Source: Eledone cirrhosa (taxonomy: Eukaryota). From it: a stretch of 64,000 nucleotides of DNA. The DNA lies in assembly GCA_964016885.1 (NCBI GenBank), contig OZ024747.1, positions 38,502,001-38,566,000 on the forward strand, read 5' to 3'. Of the stretch, positions 15,785 through 29,570 are shown piece after piece. A program made the translations under genes and the position numbers. The notes beneath the pieces are model-generated. The model ran no database searches. It was not told the DNA's origin and saw only the letters and a list, made by a program, of their open reading frames with translations. The stretch's first letter is position 1. Every line of letters begins with the position of its first letter.

Positions 15785-15939
15785 TTCATTATTTAACGAT
15801 CGTTTCTAGGATATATATGTGTTAGAATTGGCATGCATATTCAACAGATCTATGTACAAAATTATACAAAATTATACAAACTATCAAGATTAAATATACA
15901 TACCAAACACACATATATGCCGTCTTCAGAAATAATGAA
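15785..15939 (-). ncRNA. Hammerhead ribozyme family 4 with ~116-nt stem II
   Basis: Reverse complement of 21829-21983. Confidence 0.72.
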
Positions 15940-18003
15940 ATATATTTATTGATAATAACAACAATTCAAAATTTCAGGTCCGTTTGGGAACAGAGTTCAA
16001 ATTGACCAATGAAAATACAAAAAAATTTATGCAGTTTGGTGTGTGTATATACATGTAATTAACTTCGTACACATATTTATATAAAGATATATGCTCACAT
16101 GCATACGCATGCCAAAAAGATGTATGCAAATACAAAAATTCAAGGCTAATGTCTCTGTAAGTTTATAATCCACAGATAAAATGCGTATAGACACATAAAT
16201 ATGAAATAAATGTATAAACACACTCACATACTCACACATATTCGTACACTCACATACACACGCTCGTATATGCATAAACATACACATAATTACGAACATA
16301 CATACACACACACACCCCCACACACATATATATGTGCATATAGTATTATCATAAGCATATGGACATTAATGCACGCACATAAACACTGCCACACACATTT
16401 AGATCAAGATACAGAAATTAGGTGGGAGGGGGAGAGAGGTCAGTATTCAACGGTTTCGGCAGACTGCTTATTTATAGATGTATCTATAAACTTAGAAATA
16501 AAAAGAAAAGAAAAAGAAAAAAGAAAAAAGAAATATATCAAGAAAATATATATATATATATATATATATACATACATCTACACATACAACACACACACAC
16601 ACACATATATAAACATATACATATATATATACACATATATACACACACACATACATATATACACACATATATACATATATATACACACACATATATACAC
16701 ACACATATATATATATACACGCACACATACATACACACACATATATATATATACAAACAAGCAAAATATAAAGTATACATCGATATACATACATATAGAC
16801 ATATAAATAAATACACACGCATACACACACATACATATACATACATATACATACACATATATATAAACACATACATATACATACATATACATACACATAC
16901 CATATAAATACACATACACATACACAGACGCATACATATAGAGACACATACATATACACATATAAATACATAGACACATACATACATATTAAAATTCCTT
17001 TACAGATAAAATATAACAATATATCGTGTATTCAATGACAGAGAAATAATTTTTAGTATTATAGACCTAATTAATATACATTTTAGAAATATATTTATAA
17101 TTTGGTTTTAAATTTAGTCAACCTAAAAATTTAATTTAATTGGCTTAAAATTAGTATCCTAATACAGACGGATTGCAGAGTGTCATGTAATCATAGAATG
17201 GGATGTGTTTTGGATGTATACCTAGTTAATATATTCTTTGCAATTTTTGAAAAAATATGTATATGTATGTATATGTATGTATGTGTATGTATGTATATAT
17301 ATGTGTATATATATATATATATATGTATGTATATGTATATGTATATGTATTAAATTTGATTTCTGTTTACATATAATTATCTTCTGCTATTGATAAAATA
17401 CAATATCTGTTTTATTTATTATATACCTAATTAACATATACTATAGAAATTAATATATAATTTTTAATTTAGTTAACCTATAATTTATATTCTACTACCG
17501 ATGTAATACTTTATTTGTTTTTTCCCTATTACTAAATTCATTTCCTAATATTGATACCATAACGTTAATAATTTTAATTTAGTTATACTATAATTAATAC
17601 TCTATTACTATTTAACTTCAAAATTCTGCTTCAAATATTATATACCTAAGTAATTTACACCTTAGAAATCAATATATTAACTATCTTTAGTTTAGTTAAC
17701 CTATAATTAATGGTATACTTATATTGAAATGCATAATTTTGCCTTCTTTCTTGCATTTCCTAATACTGAAACTATGTAAACATATATTGAGATCCAAATA
17801 CAGATTGATATTCTATGTTTCTTGAAACATATATTTACTATAATCCCCTTCTCTCCCCCCCCCCCCCCTTCCCCCCTACTATTATTATCTGTATTTGTAA
17901 GCGTGTATGTATGAATATATATGTAGGTAGGTGTATATATGTTTGGGTGTTTATATCTAAGTATAAAAATACATATATGCGCATGCAAATAAGGATGTAT
18001 GAT

Positions 18004-18036
<33 letters not shown>

Positions 18037-18570
18037 GCATGTATGTATATATATATGTATATATATATATATGTATATATGTATGTATGTGTGTGCGTGT
18101 ATGTATGTGTGTATATATATGTCTGTATGTATGTGTGTGTATATATGTGTATGTATATGTATGTCTCTCTATATATATGTGTATCTTCGTATCTATGTGG
18201 GTATATGTGTGTATGTACATGTATGCACATGTATATGTTTATGTGTATAAGTGTGTATGTGTATATGTGTACGTATGCGCGCATATATATGTGAGTGTGT
18301 GTGTGTGTGTATATATATGTATGTCTATATATATATATTTGTATATGTATGTATATATATTATTTATTATTATAATATAATTCATGTGTATATATATATA
18401 TGTGAAAATGTGTATATATATATATATATATGTAAATATATATGTGTATGTGTGTCTTTGTGTGTGTGTATATATATGTATATATGTGTGTATGTATGTG
18501 TTTGTATGTGTGTTTATGGTTGTATGTGTGTGTGGGTATATATACATATGTATGTATATATATATATATA

Positions 18571-19050
18571 TGTGTATATGTATCTCTATTTATGTGTGTA
18601 TATATGTATATGTATATACCTTTTTCTTTGTATGTCTGAGTTGTGTGAGAGTGTAGTGGTGTTTGTATGTATATACGCATATATGGATGCGTATGTATTT
18701 GTATATATGCGTATATGTAAGTGCGTATGTGTGTGTGAATATATATCTATGTCTATGTATGAGTATGTATGTGCGTGTATGTATGTGTGTGTGTATGTAT
18801 GTATGTGTGTATGTGTGTATATATATGTGTGTATATATATGTATGTATGTGTATGTATGTACGTATATATGTATGTATATGTATATATATATGTATATAT
18901 ATATATATATATATATTTATTATATATGTATGTGTGTGTATGTGTGTATATATATCTTTATATATGTGTATGTGTATGTATGTGTAGGTGTGTGTGTGTA
19001 ACTATATATGTATGTGTGTATATGTGTATGTATGTATATGTATGTGTGTG

Positions 19051-19108
<58 letters not shown>

Positions 19109-20206
19109 TGTGTATATGTATCTCTATTTATATGTGTATATGTGTATATGTATATACCTTTTTCTTTGTATGTCTGAGTTGTATGAGAGTGTAGTGGTGT
19201 TTGTATGTATATACGCATATATGGATGCGTATGTATTTGTATATATGCGTATATGTAAGTGCGTATGTGTGTGTGAATATATATCTATGTCTATGTATGA
19301 GTATGTATGTGTGTGTATGTATGTGTGTGTGTATGTATGTATGTGTGTATGTGTGTATATATATGTGTGTATATGTCAGGTCACCAGTTGGTGCTACTGG
19401 TAACATGTATCCCAGTACAACCTGTCTCATGGTCGGGTCGTTGGCGACTAAACTGGCAACCCCACCAAGGTTTCTTGGTGAGGAGGGTGACTTTGGACAT
19501 CCTGCAGGACTAAAAACAAAACCTGTCAAAGGGCAAGGGAGCTCTTAAGACTCAATAGCCATCCAAAATCACCGGGAGAGATGACCCCTTAGCCTTTGTC
19601 AAGGCAGAATTCTAGGAGAAGGAAAACTCTGATATAACACCTGCAACCCTGATGGTATCCAATGATGTTGACTTGTTCTTCTTTTTGGTAAATATCATCT
19701 TGGTTAAGAGAGTGGGACTGGCTTTGTGCAGTGCCTTTGCTCACTATAAAAGCTTCACAGCACAGGCATTGCTTTATATCTGGAGATCTCTCTGCACTTG
19801 TCATCACATGGTACCATGGGCCCTGCACTATGTGTCAATAATGGTCACAAGTGTAGTCTTTGTACCAGAGTTTTCAAGTCGCTGGCTGGACTAAAAAGTC
19901 ACATTCGTTCAGCGCATCGGTAGGGGTTCTCCTACATGGATATAAAGTAGTGGCCGTACTCGAAAACGAGTTGGCAGCCACCATATGTGTGTATATATAT
20001 GTATGTATGTGTATGTATGTATGTATATATGTATGTATATGTATATATATGTATATATATATATATATATGTTTATTATATATGTGTGTGTGTGTATGTA
20101 TGTATATATATCTTTATATATGTGTATGTGTATGTATGTGTAGGTGTGTGTGTGTGACTATATATGTATGTGTGTATATGAGTATGTATGTGTATGTATG
20201 TGTATG

Positions 20207-20230
<24 letters not shown>
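18571..20230. repeat. Tandem duplication of a ~538-bp TA/TG mosaic unit; second unit interrupted by RTE insert
   Basis: Unique anchor ccttttctttgtatgtctgagttgt..gagtgtagtggtgtttg at ~18619 and ~19157; unit resumes after 19983. Confidence 0.85.
19375..19982 (+). mobile_element. Internally deleted (bipartite) RTE-clade non-autonomous element
   Basis: Structured 5' UTR joined to the ORF2 C-terminal C2H2 finger [25 protein letters not shown] (19846-19923) and a 3' hairpin; 14-bp TSD atatgtgtgtatat (19361-19374 / 19983-19996). Confidence 0.75.
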
Positions 20231-20253
<23 letters not shown>

Positions 20254-20432
20254 ATGTATATATATATATGTATGTATGTGTGTGTGTGTGTGTGTGTATG
20301 TGTGTATATATATTTATGTATATATATATATTTATATGTGGGTATGTATGTGTATGTGTGTATATGAGTGTATTTTTATATATATATATATATGTATGTA
20401 GATGTGACTGTATATATATGTATATGTATGTA

Positions 20433-20495
<63 letters not shown>

Positions 20496-20700
20496 ATGTA
20501 TATGTGTGTATATGTATGAGTGTGTGTATATATATACGAGTGTTGTGAGTGTATATATATATATATATATGCGTGTGTATATGTATATGTGTATGTATGT
20601 GTATGTATATATATATATATATATTTATATGTATATGTGTGTATATGTATGTATATATATATATGTATGTATGCGTGTATGTGTATATATGTGTGTAAAA

Positions 20701-20738
<38 letters not shown>

Positions 20739-21190
20739 TATGTGTTTATGTATGTATGTGTCTATGTATTTATATGTGTATATGTATGTGTCTCTATATG
20801 TATGCGTCTGTGTATGTGTATGTGTATTTATATGGTATGTGTATGTATATGTATGTGTTTATATATATGTGTATGTATATGTATGTATATGTATGTGTTT
20901 ATATATATGTGTATGTATATGTATGTATATGTATGTGTGTGTATGCGTGTGTATTTATTTATATGTCTATATGTATGTATATCGATGTATACTTTATATT
21001 TTGCTTGTTTGTATATATATATATGTGTGTGTATGTATGTGTGCGTGTATATATATATATGTGTGTGTATATATGTGTGTGTATAAATGTGTATATATGT
21101 GTGTATATATGTATGTGTGTGTGTATATATGTGTATATATATATGTATATGTTTATATATGTGTGTGTGTGTGTGTTGTATGTGTAGATG

Positions 21191-21226
<36 letters not shown>

Positions 21227-21828
21227 CTTGATATATTTCTTTTTTCTTTTTTCATTTTCTTTTCTTTTTATTTCTAAGTTTATAGATACATCTATAAATA
21301 AGCAGTCTGCCGAAACCGTTGAATACTGACCTCTCCCCCCTCCCACCTAATTTCTGTATCTTGATCTAAATGTGTGTGGCAGTGTTTATGTGCGTGCATT
21401 AATGTCCATATGCTTATGATAATACTATATGCACATATATATGTGTGTGGGGGTGTGTGTGTGTATGTATGTTCGTAATTATGTGTATGTTTATGCATAT
21501 ACGAGCGTGTGTATGTGAGTTTACGAATATGTGTGAGTATGTGAGTGTGTGTATACATTTATTTCATATTTATGTGTCTATACGCATTTTATCTGTGGAT
21601 TATAAACTTACAGAGACATTAGCCTTGAATTTTTGTATTTGCATACATCTTTTTGGCATGCGTATGCATGTGAGCATATATCTTTATATAAATATGTGTA
21701 CGAAGTTAATTACATGTATATACACACACCAAACTGCATAAAATTTTTTGTATTTTCATTGGTCAATTTGAACTCTGTTCCCAAACGGACCTGAAATTTT
21801 GAATTGTTGTTATTATCAATAAATATAT

Positions 21829-21983
21829 TTCATTATTTCTGAAGACGGCATATATGTGTGTTTGGTATGTATATTTAATCTTGATAGTTTGTATAATTTT
21901 GTATAATTTTGTACATAGATCTGTTGAATATGCATGCCAATTCTAACACATATATATCCTAGAAACGATCGTTAAATAATGAA
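21829..21983 (+). ncRNA. Hammerhead ribozyme family 4 with ~116-nt stem II
   Basis: 10-bp stem I ttcattattt/aaataatgaa, CTGAAGA 21839-21845, GAAA 21962, palindromic stem III acgatcgt, GUU site. Confidence 0.75.
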
Positions 21984-22097
21984 CTTTTTTTGTTTAATAT
22001 AAGGAACTGTTTCATTGTTTTATTCATTATTTTTTTAATATTTTATATATATATATATATATATATGTGTGTATATGTATGTTTGTATATATGTTTG

Positions 22098-22142
<45 letters not shown>

Positions 22143-22209
22143 ATATGTATGTATGTGTGTGTATATTTATATATATATATATATTTACTTATATATATAT
22201 ATATATATG

Positions 22210-22250
<41 letters not shown>

Positions 22251-22353
22251 ATATGTGTGTATGTATTTGTGTATATATGTATGTATGTGTATGTGTGTGT
22301 GTATATGCGTATGTATATGTGTGTGTGTGTGTATATATATATATATGTATATA

Positions 22354-22404
<51 letters not shown>

Positions 22405-22438
22405 ATGCATATATATATGAATATATGTATGAATGGTG

Positions 22439-22530
<92 letters not shown>

Positions 22531-22558
22531 GTGCTTTTTCCTTATATATGTGTATATA

Positions 22559-22610
<52 letters not shown>

Positions 22611-22710
22611 AAATTGAGGTTGGTAATGGCACATGGAATATATAAGAGACAGAATACTTTTTTGTGAAAAAACATAATTTTATAAGGTAAGGAAATAATA
22701 AAGGGTATAA

Positions 22711-22759
22711 AAAATGACCGGTTTCGAACGGGTCTGCAAAAGCCATCTTTTCAAATGTT
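22711..22759 (-). ncRNA. Variant hammerhead family 10 (U3-A8 core)
   Basis: Reverse-complement copy of 24655-24702 with stem II changes. Confidence 0.5.
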
Positions 22760-23209
22760 GATTAATATTAAGAAAAATTAATAATACGAAGAGTTAAAAT
22801 TTGAGACTTGAAAATTCAAGTATAAAATTCATTGTGGGATTTCATAGCAGTTTTCATCTAGGTAGCAACAACAGGTTGACTGATGTGTCCCTTTCTGGTA
22901 GTGAATGAGAAGTTATTTGGGGTGTGGGTTATTTTATAAAGGTCAGATTTAGCAATCACCAACTGGCCAGCTGCTGGTCAGTGAGGGGGTGGAAGCAATA
23001 TACATACACATATCTTCCTGTGATGGGTAGGAGAGTGGAGCGTGATAGAAAGGGATTTAGTGCACTTACACCTATATATACACACATACCTTCATCCACA
23101 CATACATACATATACATATATATATATACATACATATACATATACACACATACATACACACATACATACATATACATACACACATACACACACACACATA
23201 TATACACAT

Positions 23210-23258
<49 letters not shown>

Positions 23259-23297
23259 TATATATACATACACATACATCCAGATACACACATACAT

Positions 23298-23396
<99 letters not shown>

Positions 23397-23870
23397 CACA
23401 CATACATACACACACATATATATATACACACACATATATACACCAGAGACCAATTCTGTAGAATCAGGTTTATTCACTGATAGACCATGCCTTTGTGTGA
23501 CCAACACATCCATGTTAAACCCTGCACGTGCACACACATATATCTATATATATATGCGCACACAGAATTCACCACTGTCGGTTGCGGGGCCCAATCTACA
23601 TGAAGAACTCAATGTGATCAGAATGACTTCTATTTTAATTTCACTGCCCCAACTTCTTATATTATGGAAAAAATATATGTGTCTGTATGTATATATATAT
23701 ATATATATTTGAAGGCCATTTCTCTGTGTGTGGGTGTATGTATGTGTATATATGTGTGTGTGAGTATGTGTGTGCATGTGGATGTATGTATTGTGTGTGC
23801 GTGTGTGTGTGTGTGTATGTATGTGGGTATCTGGATGTATGCGTATGTGTATATATATATATATATATGC

Positions 23871-23906
<36 letters not shown>

Positions 23907-24014
23907 GTGTGTGTATGTGTGTATATATATGTGTGGGTGTGTGTATGTTTGTATGTGTGTATGTATATATATATGTGTGTGTGTATATATATATGTGTGT
24001 GTATGTATGTGTGG

Positions 24015-24054
<40 letters not shown>

Positions 24055-24059
24055 GTGTG

Positions 24060-24104
<45 letters not shown>

Positions 24105-24135
24105 GTGTATCTGGATGTATGTGTATGTATATATA

Positions 24136-24198
<63 letters not shown>

Positions 24199-24654
24199 AT
24201 GTGTATATATGTGTGTGTGTGTATGTGTGTATGTATATGTATGTATGTGTGTATGTATGTGTGTATATGTATATGTATGTATATATATATATGTATATGT
24301 ATATGTATGTATGTGTGGATGAAGGTATGTGTGTATATATAGGTGTAAGTGCACTAAATCCCTTTCTATCACGCTCCACTCTCCTACCCATCACAGGAAG
24401 ATATGTGTACGTATATTGCTTCCACCCCCTCACTGACCAGCAGCTGGCCAGTTGGTGATTGCTAAATCTGACCTTTATAAAATAACCCACACCCCAAATA
24501 ACTTCTCATTCACTACCAGAAAGGGACACAGCAGTCAACCTGTTGTTGCTACCTAGATGAAAACTGCTATGAAATCCCACAATGAATTTTATACTTGAAT
24601 TTTCAAGTCTCAAATTTTAACTCTTCGTATTATTAATTTTTCTTAATATTAATC

Positions 24655-24702
24655 AACATTTGAAAAGATGGCTTTTGCAGACCCATCGAAACCGGTCATT
24701 TT
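24655..24702 (+). ncRNA. Variant hammerhead family 10 (U3-A8 core TTGAAAA)
   Basis: TTGAAAA 24660-24666, stem II gatgg/ccatc, GAAA, palindromic accggt, GUC site; stem I only aacat/atttt. Confidence 0.58.
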
Positions 24703-24842
24703 TTATACCCTTTATTATTTCCTTACCTTATAAAATTATGTTTTTTCACAAAAAAGTATTCTGTCTCTTATATATTCCATGTGCCATTACCAACCTCAAT
24801 TTTCTCTATAACCTTCGTTTTGTGTAGAAAATTACACTTTTC

Positions 24843-24912
<70 letters not shown>

Positions 24913-24935
24913 GTATGTATATGTATATATTTGTT

Positions 24936-24988
<53 letters not shown>

Positions 24989-25073
24989 TTGTGTGTATAT
25001 ATGTGTGTGTATATGTATATATGTGTGTGTATGTGTATTATATATATATATATATGTATGTATATGTATATAT

Positions 25074-25143
<70 letters not shown>

Positions 25144-25312
25144 ATATATATATATATATATCTGTATATATATATGTATATATCTATGTGTATATGTATA
25201 CACATGTATATTTGTGTTTGTATGTATGTGTGTGAGTGTATTTATATGTGTATATATGTGTGTGTATATATATGTATGTCTGTGTGTATGTATATGTATA
25301 TGTGTGTATATA

Positions 25313-25359
<47 letters not shown>

Positions 25360-25926
25360 ATATGTATGTATATGAATATATTTATGTATATGTGTGTGTG
25401 TTTTTTATGTGTGTATATGTGTATGTGTGCTTATGGTTGCGCGTGAGTGTGCGAGTGAGTATGTTTTTTTTGTGAATGTGTCTGTTGATTTTTGGCATAT
25501 AGTTGATTAGTTTAAGAGAAGTTCGAAGATAATTGTAAGATATGCACTCAGTATTTTGAATCTGTCTACAGATTTCTCTATACCTTTGTCACTTAGTAGA
25601 ACCTTAATTATTTTAGCTTTTAAAGAATCTCCCTTTTCTTTAATTCTCTCTACCATGACTGACCCCCCACTGATCTTATAGACATCTGTTAGCTTAAGAG
25701 AAACTTAATGACAGGGAATGGTATGCCATCCGGAACCCGTTTATAGAATTCTGTCTGCCTTTGTTACTCTAAAAACATAAATAAATAAAAATAAACTATA
25801 GCTTTGTAGAATTTGCTTTTAATGAATTCCCTTTTCTATCAACCAATGACCTACAGCCATCCCACTCCCCACCCTCTCCTACCACTTGTAGAGACCTATA
25901 AATACCATTTTTATTTTTTGATACCC

Positions 25927-25977
25927 AGATTCCTGATGATTTCTAAAGAATGAAACAGTTCTAGTCCTGTAGAATCT
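25927..25977 (+). ncRNA. Canonical type I hammerhead ribozyme, family 3
   Basis: agattc-CTGATGA-tttctaaagaat-GAA-acag..ctgt-A-gaatct. Confidence 0.85.
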
Positions 25978-26060
25978 CATCTATATTAAAACTTTTATAC
26001 TCTGCTATGTATTGAGTACCTTACTTACTGTGGTTACCTCCGATTCAACCCGGAATAACG

Positions 26061-26997
<937 letters not shown>

Positions 26998-27116
26998 GAT
27001 TATTTCTTACAAACCTACACATATATATATAAATATATATATATATATATTGGTAAACGGAAAAGAAAATGCTGACAAATTGTTCCCAGTGAAAAATAGT
27101 TTAATTAGGAATAAGC

Positions 27117-27356
27117 AAAAATTAGTAATAGTATTGGTTAGTAATCAGTTTTGGTTTTAAGTTTTACCGGTTGCGCATTTCTAATGCTTTTCAAAAATAA
27201 TTTTGAGATAGGGCGCCCGTGGTGTTTGCTCTAATCTGATTAGAGCAAACATCACGGGCGCTCTATCTCAGATTATTTTTGAAAAGTATTAGAAATGCTC
27301 AACCGGTAAAACGTAAAACCAAAACTGAATACTAACCAATACTATTACTAATTTTT
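27117..27356. repeat. ~240-bp near-perfect hairpin with essentially no spacer
   Basis: Arms mirror around ctaatc-t-gattag at ~27237. Confidence 0.92.
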
Positions 27357-27436
27357 ACACCTCAATTCTTTTAAATGTATATATATATATATATATTTGT
27401 AAATATATATATTTATATATATATATATATATGTAA

Positions 27437-27516
<80 letters not shown>

Positions 27517-27604
27517 GTGTAGGTTGTAAGAAATAATCATTTATATATATATATATATATGTATTACATATATCTATATATATATATATTTATGTGTGTG
27601 TGTG

Positions 27605-27686
<82 letters not shown>

Positions 27687-29091
27687 ATGTGTAATTTGCA
27701 ACAATGACTCTGTTTATAACAATACCAATAATATATATGACAGTAATGTTCATAATAATGTTGACGTCGTTAGAAATAATGTTGGTGAATGTGTTCTGAT
27801 GATGATCGTTATCCTCATGGTTATTGAATTTATTATCATCCATTATCACATGTCATTATCATTTCAATTAAAATCTCGATGTTTTTACACTCGAAACCTG
27901 TTTTTCCGCTACCATTGTGATAGTAATCCTTTAATTCTTTCGATAATCCTTTATTATTCACAACCAGCTTTCTAACTGAAAAAAATATTAAATAAAGAAC
28001 AAAACATAATAACTAACACAAAGGGAAATGCAATAAAATATTTCGATTATCAATCAGAGTAGTTTAATGTAGCATTTATTTCGAACATTATAAATACCTT
28101 TTTTTTTATTTATGTATTCTTAATTTATATTATTTTGTATAGCTCTCTAATGTTTGTGCGTCTAATTAGAATACAAGTAATTATGGTTTTGATTTGGAAT
28201 GACACAAAAGCAAAAACATTAAACATTATGAAAATAAAATAAAAATATTGTTAATTTGAACGGAAAAGAATTGTCACAAGATGGGAGTAGGAAGTTGCCA
28301 CCATTTTAATGGCAGAATGTTCAATAAATTGTAAGATTCAATTATTAATATCTAATCACTTCATCAGTAAATATTCAGACTTGTTAGAAATAACAGATAC
28401 TGTTCCTGAAAATCATACGCTGTTTTCGTAAGAGGTGAAAAACACATTGGCATAATATATTCCTTCTTTCATACACGTTTCATGAATAAAAGTTGGGAAG
28501 TATATATTTTGCCATGCACGGGTTGCTACCGATCCTTATCTCTAAATTAGTCAGGTTGTGATACAGGCTTAGCAGACATCTCTCCAGCCTCTCGGTATGT
28601 AACACATGTCTGGCACATATCGTTCTGAAATATAACATTGCTCTTCTTTAACTTAACCTCATTCTCATCCTTCTCATCACCATTGTCATTATCATGGCCA
28701 TCATTTATTTTCTCCATTAATCAATCTATCCCCATTTGAAGAGTAGGTTTCTAATCCCTCGAATGCACCATCAGGATAAAGTTTGGGTTAAACTATAATA
28801 ACAACCTGTTTAATTAATCTATAATGAACTCCATAACATTAATTTCAATGATTTCAGATAAAGAATTGTTTTATTTTAGTGTCATAACAAAAGGTTTCTT
28901 TCATTGTGATGAATGATTTTTGACGCTTTCCCATTTAACAGGTTGCAAGTAATTACCAGCTGTATTATTGGGAAATATTATTATATTGTTGGCTCTGAAA
29001 ACAAGGTTTCAAAAAGGAGCATAATCGAATCTAGAGAAAAACAACCGGCAATTGTCTCGGGGTCAATATTGTTTATAATAAAATTATCAAT

Positions 29092-29369
29092 AAACAGCCT
29101 CATTACGCCATGTATGCAAGGTGACTGACGTCATACTTTTGTTTCAGCGGTAGCAGTGAGAAAATCAATCTACAATTGTTTCGAACCGTATATACTTTAG
29201 AGAATACTATATATTCTCAAAAATTCCACGGTGTAACAGAAGGGAGAGAAATACACAATCTTGATAAGCGGCAATAACTCCGAAACAATTGTAGATTGTT
29301 TTTCACTCTATTACCGCTGGAACACAATTATGGCGTCTGTCTTGAACACATTGTGTAATGAGGCTGTTT
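29092..29369. mobile_element. MITE-like element with long imperfect terminal inverted repeats
   Basis: aaacagcctcattac/gtaatgaggctgttt and cagcggta..caatctacaattgtttcg/cgaaacaattgtagattg..taccgctg. Confidence 0.7.
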
Positions 29370-29389
29370 GCTTGCAAACGAACCGAATA

Positions 29390-29570
29390 TTATCGGTAGA
29401 GGGTCGGACGCCATGCTTTGACGCATTGAGTTACGGCCTTTGCCATTCTGAGTTCAAATCCCGCCGAGGTTAACTTTGCCTTTTATCCTTACGGGGTCGA
29501 TGAAATTAAGTACCAGTAATGCACTGGGTAATTGCTGGCCTTGTGCCAAAAGTAGAAACAATTATTATAT
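29390..29570 (+). mobile_element. Octopus-type SINE
   Basis: ctgagttcaaatcccgccgaggttaactttgcctt..ggggtcgat..taagtaccagt..ggccttgtgccaaaa..gaaacaattatt; second copy at 58572-58750. Confidence 0.82.

Larger units (their letters stand above)
15722..22045. mobile_element. Non-coding PLE-derived element with ~1.27-kb inverted arms (family 4)
   Basis: 15722-16985 is the reverse complement of ~20740-22045; each arm carries a hammerhead; no RT ORF between them. Confidence 0.8.
22608..24808. repeat. ~2.2-kb imperfect palindrome of PLE tail sequence
   Basis: 22608-23440 mirrors ~23960-24808 (ORFs 22924+ and 24490- have identical N-termini); homologous to 14505-14835. Confidence 0.9.

Noticed and set aside
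23445-23730. Unique short segments between repeats resembling a CRISPR array
   Set aside because: Separators are variable microsatellites, not fixed repeats; eukaryotic context; no cas genes
27066-27120. gctgacaaattgttcc resembling the 3' half of the family 8 hammerhead
   Set aside because: GAAA is mutated and no 5' core or stem II is identifiable
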